Shown: positions 10,452 to 17,090 of the stretch, piece by piece
Layout of the letters: every line of letters begins with the position of its first letter
Position numbering within the stretch: position 1 is the stretch's first letter
DNA from: an uncultured bacterium
GTDB lineage: Bacteria; Methylomirabilota; Methylomirabilia; Methylomirabilales; CSP1-5
Reading direction: 5' to 3'
Length of the DNA: 64,000 nucleotides
Assembly: GCA_964558395.1 (NCBI GenBank)
Contig: CAZLDS010000006.1
Coordinates: 18,402 to 82,401 of the forward strand
Position numbers and translations under genes: made by a program
The notes under the pieces: model-generated
Seen by the model: only the letters and a program-made list of their open reading frames with translations
Told to the model about the DNA's origin: nothing
Databases searched by the model: none

Positions 10452-11339
10452 ATGAACGGTGAACCGATCTTTGAACGGATGGCGGTAATCGGCGTAGGCC
10501 TGATCGGTGGCAGTCTGGCTCAGGCGTGCCGGGGCGGGATCGCCCGTCGAGTCATTGGCCTCGATGTTGATCAGGAGCACTTGAAACAGGCGGTTGCCCT
10601 TGGTCTCGTGGATGACGTGGGCGACTTTCCTGGCGGGGTCGAGGGGGCCGATCTCGTTGTCGTCGCGGTCCCGGTCGGAGCCGTTGTGGATGTGGTCCGT
10701 GCTGTGGGGCCGCACCTGGCGGGTGGGTGTATCGTGACCGACGTGGGAAGCGTGAAGGGGGCTCTCGTCACCGAGGTAGAGGCCGGGATCCCGCCCGGTC
10801 GGGAGTTTGTCCCCGGTCATCCCATCGCGGGTACCGAACACTCTGGGCCCGGAGCCGCCGTATCTACCCTCTTTCAGGGCAGCTTGTGTGTTCTCACACC
10901 TACCTCGCGGAACGCGGAGGCCGCGGTCAAAAAAATTGTTCGTCTGTGGGAAAAGGTGGGGTCACATGTGGTCCTGATGGACCCTTTTCGGCACGATTAT
11001 ATCTTCGCCCTTGTGAGCCACCTGCCGCATGTGGTCGCCTACGCGCTCGTCGGAACGATTCTGAACCATGAGGACGGCGGGGAGGAGCTCTTGCGGTTCA
11101 GCGCTGGAGGGCTTCGGGATTTTACCCGGATCGCGGCCTCTCATCCGATCATGTGGCGCGATATCCTGATCCGAAATCGCGGCGAGGTGCTGAAATCCAT
11201 CGCCAGATTCCGCGCGGTCCTTGGGCAGATTGAGGAGATGATTGAAACAGAGGACGGAGCCTGTTTGGTCCAGGAGTTTCAGCGGGCTAAGGAGGTGCGT
11301 GAGCAACTTGGTTCGGCAGGCTCCCCACCGGTTCGGTGA
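10452..11339 (+). CDS. tyrA: prephenate/arogenate dehydrogenase
   Basis: Listed ORF starts at 10281, but the Rossmann motif MAVIGVGLIGGSLA follows the ATG at 10452. GHPIAGTEHSGP and SHLPH motifs. Confidence 0.85.
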   Translation: MNGEPIFERMAVIGVGLIGGSLAQACRGGIARRVIGLDVDQEHLKQAVALGLVDDVGDFPGGVEGADLVVVAVPVGAVVDVVRAVGPHLAGGCIVTDVGSVKGALVTEVEAGIPPGREFVPGHPIAGTEHSGPGAAVSTLFQGSLCVLTPTSRNAEAAVKKIVRLWEKVGSHVVLMDPFRHDYIFALVSHLPHVVAYALVGTILNHEDGGEELLRFSAGGLRDFTRIAASHPIMWRDILIRNRGEVLKSIARFRAVLGQIEEMIETEDGACLVQEFQRAKEVREQLGSAGSPPVR

Positions 11340-12472
11340 AGGCAATGCCCTTTTCTCGGCGTGAGGTGGCGCTCCTCGTGGGACTCAGACGACCTTATCA
11401 GTCTCGTTGGGAGGTGGAAGATTCCTTGGAGGAGCTCGTTCAACTGTCGGTCTCCGCAGGGGCCGATCCTGCCTTCTGCGTCGTCCAAGAGCGAGCCATG
11501 CCCAATCCTCGTACCCTGATCGGTCCGGGGAAAGCTCAGGAGGTCAGAGAAGTTTGTGAAGAGGGGGTCGATCTGGTCATCTTTGATGATGACCTGACCG
11601 GTTCCCAACAGCGGAATCTTGAGGCGACACTGCAGCGAAAGGTCATCGACCGGACGGGGCTCATCCTGGATATCTTTGCGCAGCGGGCCCGGTCAAAGGA
11701 GGGAAAGCTTCAGGTCGAGCTCGCCCAGCTCAAATATCTGCTTCCGCGCCTCACGGGCCATGGCAGTGACCTATCGCGGCTTGGCGGTGGAATTGGAACG
11801 CGGGGTCCAGGCGAGACCCAACTCGAAGTGGACCGTCGCCGGATTCGACGCCGCATCGTCAAGATTGAAGGGGAACTCGAGGGGGTCCGCCGCCATCGGG
11901 CGCTGTTGCGTCGACATCGACAGAAACAGGCCCTCGCGACGGTAGCCCTCGTGGGCTACACCAATGCAGGCAAGTCGTCACTCTTGAATGCGCTGACCCA
12001 CGCTACGCTTCCGGTGGCCGACAAGTTCTTTGCCACCGTGGATCCCACCTTGCGGAAGGTAATCCTCCCCGGCGGCCGGGTGGTTCTCTTGTCCGATACC
12101 GTCGGGTTTATCAAAAAACTTCCCCATCAGCTGGTGGCGGCATTCAAAGCGACCTTGGAAGAGGTCCGGAACGCGGACCTCCTGCTCCACGTGATCGATA
12201 TTTCCCATCCCCAGTGGCAAAGCCAGGAGCAAGGGGTGATCGCGGTTTTGGAGGAGCTGGGAGTTGCGACAAAGCCACTGATCAACGTTCACAACAAGGT
12301 GGATAAACTCCCCTACCCGGAGGGGGTGACATTTCTTTCCCGGAGGCCCCAATCGGTGGTGACGTCAGCGAGGACCGGTGCAGGACTGACGGAGCTTAAG
12401 ACTGCCATTGCAGAGAGCCTGAACACCCTCGACGAGGCGCGGGCTCGCTCCGAAGCGAGGGGCCGGGGCTGA
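11336..12472 (+). CDS. hflX: GTPase HflX
   Basis: 378 aa. QLAQLKYLLPRL, GIGTRGPGETQLEVDRR, G1 motif GYTNAGKSSLLNAL, DTVGFI. Start overlaps the tyrA stop. Confidence 0.9.
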   Translation: MKAMPFSRREVALLVGLRRPYQSRWEVEDSLEELVQLSVSAGADPAFCVVQERAMPNPRTLIGPGKAQEVREVCEEGVDLVIFDDDLTGSQQRNLEATLQRKVIDRTGLILDIFAQRARSKEGKLQVELAQLKYLLPRLTGHGSDLSRLGGGIGTRGPGETQLEVDRRRIRRRIVKIEGELEGVRRHRALLRRHRQKQALATVALVGYTNAGKSSLLNALTHATLPVADKFFATVDPTLRKVILPGGRVVLLSDTVGFIKKLPHQLVAAFKATLEEVRNADLLLHVIDISHPQWQSQEQGVIAVLEELGVATKPLINVHNKVDKLPYPEGVTFLSRRPQSVVTSARTGAGLTELKTAIAESLNTLDEARARSEARGRG

Positions 12473-12476
12473 GACG

Positions 12477-12818
12477 TCACAACCGGTGATCGAGTGCCGC
12501 CTGAGCCTCACGATCAAGCGAACCCTCAAGGTCCCGAAAGCCGCTCAGCTTCTCTATAGAATCCAGAACATCCAAAATCTCGTGTAAAATAGCTGCCATT
12601 AAGCGAAGCTGCAAAAACCACCGCCCGGCAGCCAGTGTCAGGGCCGCGGGGTTGACGGGTATCCGTTTGTGCGTGTCTGCCCAGGCGACTATATAGGCTA
12701 GGTCGTTATACCCAGCCATTAGTCGCAAGAGATCGACTGCCAATGGATCAGAAGATGGAAATACCTTTGCAACGGGAAAGGTGTAAACACCCCGTCTCTT
12801 ATGTGGTTTTTTCGACAT
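12477..12818 (-). CDS. hypothetical protein (orphan)
   Basis: Listed ORF is 12477..12824 with a GTG start. The ATG at 12818 has GAAGGTG about 10 nt upstream. No recognisable motif. Convergent with hflX. Confidence 0.4.
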   Translation of the reverse strand: MSKKPHKRRGVYTFPVAKVFPSSDPLAVDLLRLMAGYNDLAYIVAWADTHKRIPVNPAALTLAAGRWFLQLRLMAAILHEILDVLDSIEKLSGFRDLEGSLDREAQAALDHRL

Positions 12819-13152
12819 AAGCACCTTACACCTTCGGGCAAGATGTTCAGGGCGGACCCAGGTCCCGCCTGAGTATACCGAGGACTATCTATCACCCGCA
12901 AGGATCTGTGTGAACCTTACTACTCGGGCGCAGAACCCGTGACCTGCTGATTACCTATCAGGATCGTCTCAAAAATTCCAAGAACATCATGCCCTTCCAA
13001 GGTCCTGCTACCACGCTGCTACCGGCATTACCCCGCCCAAGGCCGCCAAAAGGGCCCGCCTGCTGAGCGATGTACCCTCCATTAGATCTTGCTCCTGCCT
13101 CGACCTACTTCGAAGAATGTCTCACGGCCCCACCCCGTGATTCCGATTGGCA

Positions 13153-13182
13153 TTGACAAAGACGGGCGAAAAAAGCTAGATT
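13153..13182 (+). promoter_or_regulatory. orphan sigma70-like promoter
   Basis: TTGACA (13153-13158), 18-bp spacer, TAGATT (13177-13182). Same TTGACA / TAGnnT style as promoters in front of core operons in this window. Confidence 0.5.
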
Positions 13183-13188
13183 CTGGGC

Positions 13189-13259
13189 GAAGTTATTAGG
13201 ATCTTTGGACCTACCAGATAGGGGGCACGGGGAGAGCCAGTATTGCTCCCCGGTTTTTT
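13189..13259 (+). ncRNA. candidate ~70-nt small RNA (promoter-to-terminator unit, no ORF)
   Basis: Predicted TSS is about 7 nt after the -10. No ATG lies in the interval. Ends in a 7-bp GC-rich hairpin (13228-13234 / 13246-13252) followed by T6 (13254-13259). Confidence 0.4.
13228..13259 (+). terminator. rho-independent terminator of the sRNA candidate
   Basis: CGGGGAG...CTCCCCG stem, 11-nt loop, then GTTTTTT. Confidence 0.55.
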
Positions 13260-13595
13260 ATTTCTAGGGGCGAGCGTAAGCGCAGGCCCTGAGGTACCCT
13301 GAACCGTCTGTGGAATGGCCTTTGCGCCGCCGACTTACATCCCAGTCGACCTGCCCTGAGCCCAGCCGAATGGGCCTACCCTGAGCGAGAGCGCCATGGG
13401 CTTCGCCCCGAATGGGCGGCTCTGGCGAGTCCATATACATAATGGTGATGTTGGCTGTCGGAGGGCCCTAATCCCTCAACTCTGCCCCCTCCGCTTGTCC
13501 TAAGCTTGTCGAAGGGCTCGACTATCGGAATTGAGGTCGTGGTGGGCGGTCGTCGGTCATCGGTCAGCGACATCATAGTGCCGAACATCAATGAG

Positions 13596-13636
13596 GCACC
13601 GGAAGGGGCGTAGGGCCCCCGGTGCTTTTTGGTTTT
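13596..13636 (+). terminator. rho-independent terminator-like hairpin 54 nt upstream of the HD-UDG gene
   Basis: GCACCGG (13596-13602) pairs with CCGGTGC (13619-13625). Inner GGG/CCC pairs. Followed by TTTTTGGTTTT. The 3' arm and T-run form part of the 24-bp direct repeat. Confidence 0.5.
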
Positions 13637-13639
13637 GTG
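13616..13639 (+). repeat. direct repeat copy 1 (CCCCCGGTGCTTTTTGGTTTTGTG)
   Basis: Perfect 24/24 match to 14788-14811. Read directly from the sequence. Confidence 0.9.
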
Positions 13640-13689
13640 CCCCTTATCCCCCCCGGCCTTGAGATAAGGCCCGCTCACTTGGTACTAGG

Positions 13690-14769
13690 ATGCTCAAACT
13701 GACGCATAAGTTTGACGAGGCACTGCAGTACGCGAGCGATCTACACAGGGACCAACCTAGGAAGGGCACCAAGATCCCCTATGTTGCGCATCTCCTGGGT
13801 GTAACCGCGCTGGTCCTGGAAGAGGGAGGGGACGAAGATGAGGCGATTGCGGCCCTATTGCACGACGCCGTAGAGGACCAAGGCGGGCAGGCAACCTTGA
13901 CGGAAATTCGTAAGCGATTTGGTGCACGCGTAGCCCTGATTGTGGAGTCGTGTAGCGACAGCGACACGATACCCAAGCCGCCGTGGCGTGAGCGCAAGGA
14001 AGGGTACCTCGCGCGCATCCGGCACGAGCCCGCAGGCGTGCGGCGCGTATCTATCGCCGATAAGCTTCACAATGTACGCGCGATCCTCACTGATTTCCGA
14101 ACCATGGGAGACGCGGTCTGGAATCGGTTCAACGCGCCAAGGGAGGACATCCTTTGGTACTATGAGAAGCTAGTCGCGGCCTTTCAAGAGGCGGGATCGA
14201 GTCCCATGGTCGTGGAGCTGGATCGGGTCGTCACCGAACTCAAGCGCCTCGTGTCTACCCCAGATCTAGAGCAACTACGGGTGAGGTTCAAGCCCGACAA
14301 GATCAAGGTCCTCTTCGTCGGCGAATCCCCGCCAGCTGACGGCACCTTCTTCTACAAGGCGAACTCGAATCTTTACCGCTACACTCGGGAAGCCTTTCTC
14401 TCAGTCTTCGACTGTGCATGCGATGCTGGGGAGGACCTTCTGAATTTTTTCAAGAATCGTGGGTGCTACCTTGACGACCTGTGCCTCGAGCCAGTCAACC
14501 ACCTAGCGAAGATTGCGCGTCAGCGTAAACGCGATGAAGGTGTCCCGATTCTCGCGGGCCGAATTTACGAGAACAGGCCTGAGGCTATCGTCGTTGTGAT
14601 GTCGGCGATCAGAGACGAAGTTGCGCGATCAGCCCCAAGTGCCGGACTTGGATCTGTTCCTTTTCATGCTGTCCCGTTTCCCGCACAAGGGAATCAAAAA
14701 AAGTATGTTGCGCAGTTGGTCAAGGTTCTTCAAGAACTGAAGGATAAAGGGATAATCGAAAGCAGCTAA
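13690..14769 (+). CDS. fusion protein: N-terminal SpoT/RelA-type HD hydrolase domain (small-alarmone-hydrolase-like) + C-terminal MUG/TDG-like uracil-DNA-glycosylase-fold domain
   Basis: 359 aa. N-terminal half has DLHRDQPRKGTKIPYVAHLLGV, AALLHDAVED and VSIADKLHNVRAIL, the (p)ppGpp-hydrolase HD pattern. C-terminal half has KVLFVGESPPADGTFFY (compare GINPG/GEAPG motif A) and FHAVPFPAQGNQ (compare xPNPSG motif B). Confidence 0.7.
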   Translation: MLKLTHKFDEALQYASDLHRDQPRKGTKIPYVAHLLGVTALVLEEGGDEDEAIAALLHDAVEDQGGQATLTEIRKRFGARVALIVESCSDSDTIPKPPWRERKEGYLARIRHEPAGVRRVSIADKLHNVRAILTDFRTMGDAVWNRFNAPREDILWYYEKLVAAFQEAGSSPMVVELDRVVTELKRLVSTPDLEQLRVRFKPDKIKVLFVGESPPADGTFFYKANSNLYRYTREAFLSVFDCACDAGEDLLNFFKNRGCYLDDLCLEPVNHLAKIARQRKRDEGVPILAGRIYENRPEAIVVVMSAIRDEVARSAPSAGLGSVPFHAVPFPAQGNQKKYVAQLVKVLQELKDKGIIESS

Positions 14770-14787
14770 TAGGCTGGGCCCATCCGC

Positions 14788-14811
14788 CCCCCGGTGCTTT
14801 TTGGTTTTGTG
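14788..14811 (+). repeat. direct repeat copy 2 (CCCCCGGTGCTTTTTGGTTTTGTG)
   Basis: Perfect copy of 13616-13639. Lies 19 nt after the HD-UDG stop and 12 nt before the ATG at 14823. Confidence 0.9.
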
Positions 14812-14822
14812 GGGCATAGGCA

Positions 14823-15230
14823 ATGGCTCGTCTTGAAGACCTAACACGAGGCGCACAGGTCCACGGCCTCCGCCCAGACGGTCCGGCTGCCATTGTGGAC
14901 GTGCAGTGGCACGGATCCACCTGTGTTGAACTCACCTACAAAGATGCCAGCGCTCGCCCCCACACCGAGCTCGTCTTCAGAGACCGGGAACCAACCCTCG
15001 ATCTTGTTGCCGCTGGTCAGGTTTGGTCCTTCGATGCCGACGGCCCCTCCACACATATAAGACCGTTTCTTCGAAAGTATCGTGGTCTTACAAATTTCAC
15101 GCGGAATGATGATCAGGGATGGAAGGCAGTACGCGCACGCATGGCGGCGCATACTTGGTCTAAGGGAAACCGCGAAGGAGGCATTCTGTCGCAGGAAGCG
15201 GAGAAAGAATACTGCTTAAGCGTCCGCTGA
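14823..15230 (+). pseudogene. stub of a large helicase-type gene (only ~77 N-terminal codons look native)
   Basis: MARLEDLTRGAQVHGLRPDGPAAIVDVQWHGSTCVELTYKDASARPHTELVFRDREPTLDLVAAGQVWSFDADG resembles, from memory, the conserved N-terminal domain of big SNF2/DEAD-type helicases found in defence islands. After about nt 15055 the composition drops and the remaining 58 codons look non-native. Confidence 0.35.
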
Positions 15231-15387
15231 GGCTCCACGTGCGGTTACCGAGTTATCATTCCCCTCGCAATCCCTACCGGTGTGGCAGGGGTTAAATCTT
15301 GCTTCCCGCTGACACAATTGACTCCTTCTTGGGCGCAGCTAGGCCCATCAAGGCCGTTTTGCGTCGAATAGACAAAGGTGGAATAGG

Positions 15388-15853
15388 ATGCTTTACTTCG
15401 CATATGCCTCAAATATGCACTGGAAGCAGATGCGCGGACGATGTCCCTCTGCACGATTTCTTTGTGTGGCTAAATTGAAGGACCATCGCCTCGCTTTCAC
15501 ACGTAAATCCGAAACCAGAGGCGGCGGAGTTGCGGATGCCGTTTCAGAGCCTGGTGATGAAGAGTGGCGTGTCGTCTATGAAATAGATGAACGCGACGTC
15601 GGACGGCTAGACCAGACAGAGGGTTTCACACTCGGCAGATCGCGAAATCCGTACAACAGAGAAGAACGTCACGTGTATGCCGATGGCGAAGAGGGAAAAC
15701 CTTTGGCGGTTTCAATTTATATTGCAGTGCAACAGGATAACCCTCCCCCCCCCGAACGCGGCATACAAGAAACTTATTGTCGGGGGGGCAAAATTCTGGC
15801 ATCTTCCGCCAGATTACATCAAGAAACTAGAACAGATACACGTTGGACCTTGA
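15388..15853 (+). pseudogene. gamma-glutamylcyclotransferase-like (GGCT/AIG2 family) gene with frameshift in a C9 run
   Basis: MLYFAYASNMHWKQMRGRCP..A..LKDHRLAF...VVYEIDERDVGRLDQTEG is the GGCT pattern. Removing one C from 15745-15753 restores ...NPPPPNAAYKKLIVGGAKFWHLPPDYIKKLEQIHVGP, with a stop at 15851-15853. The tail of the listed 196-aa ORF (to 15978) is out of frame. Confidence 0.7.
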
Positions 15854-16025
15854 ATCTTGACATTTCCCCTTCAGCGATGGTGGCGTGGAGACGAGATCGT
15901 CGCTCGTCGTCGTCCACTACCCCCTACGTTTTCGGAATTGCGAAAATGTCACGTGTACGGGGTCAGAGACAGGAATAGAGTGAGACGCTGATATTTTTGT
16001 CTTGTAAAGAGGGGCAGATCACCCG

Positions 16026-16481
16026 ATGTCTAATAAAGGGGGTTTTGGGGTGAAACATTGTTTTTGCAAAGTTGTGTCTGGGATGCTTCTTGGATACCTT
16101 GCAATCGGGGCAATGGTTGTTGAGGCGGGTAGCGTATACAAAAACGTCGACAATGCTTCACAGGAGATGGCCGAATATCTTACAACGCATTCTCCTTTCT
16201 CTGGCTATTGGTACTTACACAATAAGCAGGGTAAGCTAACAGTCAAGTTTGAGATCACAAAGGGAGAGTTAGCGGGTGAAATTCTAGACACGACTGGCAC
16301 GACTTTTAGCTTCGAGGGTCCTGTTGCAAATCTGAAGATAGAAAACCAAGTCCTCACCTTCAATAGTGTGACGGGTTCTTTCTACCAGCTAGAACTCGAC
16401 GAAGGTGAAGGAAAACTGCATGGAACAGCTTTAAGTGGACGAGCTGAAGTAATAACCCATGCAAAAAGTGCCAAAAAATAG
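16026..16481 (+). CDS. hypothetical secreted/membrane-anchored protein (AT-rich orphan)
   Basis: 151 aa. Hydrophobic N-terminal segment VVSGMLLGYLAIGAMVV. Beta-rich remainder with no recognisable motif. Markedly AT-richer than flanking DNA. Confidence 0.5.
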   Translation: MSNKGGFGVKHCFCKVVSGMLLGYLAIGAMVVEAGSVYKNVDNASQEMAEYLTTHSPFSGYWYLHNKQGKLTVKFEITKGELAGEILDTTGTTFSFEGPVANLKIENQVLTFNSVTGSFYQLELDEGEGKLHGTALSGRAEVITHAKSAKK

Positions 16482-16556
16482 CCACCCGGGGAGAGGTCGG
16501 GTCGTGAATTGTGATATTCCCCACCCTTCAAAAGGGAGACAGGCTGCTGTTGTGAG

Positions 16557-17090
16557 ATGAAGCTTGAGTGTTATGGGGCGACGAGGCCGCAGGAGGGGCG
16601 GACGGCGAACGAGGACGCCTTTCTGATAGTGCGAGAGGGGACTGCGGTTGCAGCGGTCTGTGACGGCGCGGGGGCCGCCGAGCAAGTTGCCAAAAGAGTA
16701 CTGAGGCTCTTCGAGTTATGGGTCCGCGAGGCCACTCTCGGTCAGATCCTTGCCCCCAAGACGTGGGTCAGCTGAGTCAAAAAGCTGGACTCAGCATTAC
16801 TCGGAGGTTCAGAAAGCACGTTCCTGGCAGCCGCCGTAGCGGGTAATCAAGTTGTCGGTGTCTCGGCCGGCGACTCGCAGGCGTATCTGGTCGGCGCTGA
16901 GGGCGGCTTTGAGTTTCTAACCACCCCTACCGATAAGTCCAGGCTCGGTAGCGGCAAGGTCCAACCATTCACCTTTAACCTGACCCTGAAGCCCCGCGAC
17001 ATCCTCCTCCTCATGACCGACGGCGCCTGGACCCCCTCAGTCCTTATCACATCGAAAAGGCCGTCCGCAGGGCCGCGAAGGGCGTTTCTT
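16557..17090 (+). pseudogene. PP2C-family Ser/Thr phosphatase-like gene with in-frame TGA (16773-16775)
   Basis: ANEDAFLI, AAVCDGAGAAE, then after the TGA STFLAAAVAGNQVVGVSAGDSQAYLV and ILLLMTDGAW, all in one frame (frame 3). The C-terminal end is uncertain. A possible extra frameshift lies near the C5 run at 17032-17036. Confidence 0.6.

Noticed and set aside
12915-12975. tRNA-like fragment, considered as a possible integration target. CTGA-TTACCTA-TCAG looks like an anticodon-type stem-loop. On the minus strand, CGGG-TTCTGCG-CCCG looks like a T-arm.
   Set aside because: The stems are only 4 bp with mismatched closing pairs. The loop lacks U33/purine-37 and the T-loop lacks the TTCRANY consensus. 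No acceptor stem or CCA context could be built. At best this is a badly eroded remnant.
13260-13640. ppGpp/PRPP or guanidine (ykkC-type) riboswitch, c-di-GMP-I riboswitch or T-box upstream of the alarmone-hydrolase-like gene.
   Set aside because: The region starts with CTAGGGG, reminiscent of ykkC CUAGGGUUCCG. However, the other remembered conserved blocks (GGUCCGAGAG, ACACGG, GCCCGGGAGA) are absent. So are the GEMM ACGCAAAGC block and the T-box GGGUGGUACCGCG block. A covariance-model scan is needed for a definitive answer.
13376-13678. 100-aa minus-strand ORF in the island's non-coding stretch, and its relative 14629..14856 (-). Both contain HKTKKHRG.
   Set aside because: The shared peptide is simply the translation of the 24-bp direct repeat. 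The rest is low-complexity (PFDKLRTSGGG, HHHYVY), there is no SD, and it overlaps predicted hairpins. It was treated as non-coding.
13659-13688. TTGAGA / 18 bp / TACTAG considered as a dedicated promoter for the HD-UDG gene.
   Set aside because: The -10 lacks the invariant final T. The predicted start would also fall at or after the ATG (13690). It is not convincing, so transcription probably comes from upstream.
16773-16775. In-frame TGA in the PP2C-like gene read as selenocysteine or as an alternative genetic code.
   Set aside because: Many genes in this window terminate at TGA (trpE, trpF, pgsA, lysC and others). PP2C enzymes are not selenoproteins, and no obvious hairpin follows the codon. 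A nonsense mutation in a decaying island is the simpler reading.
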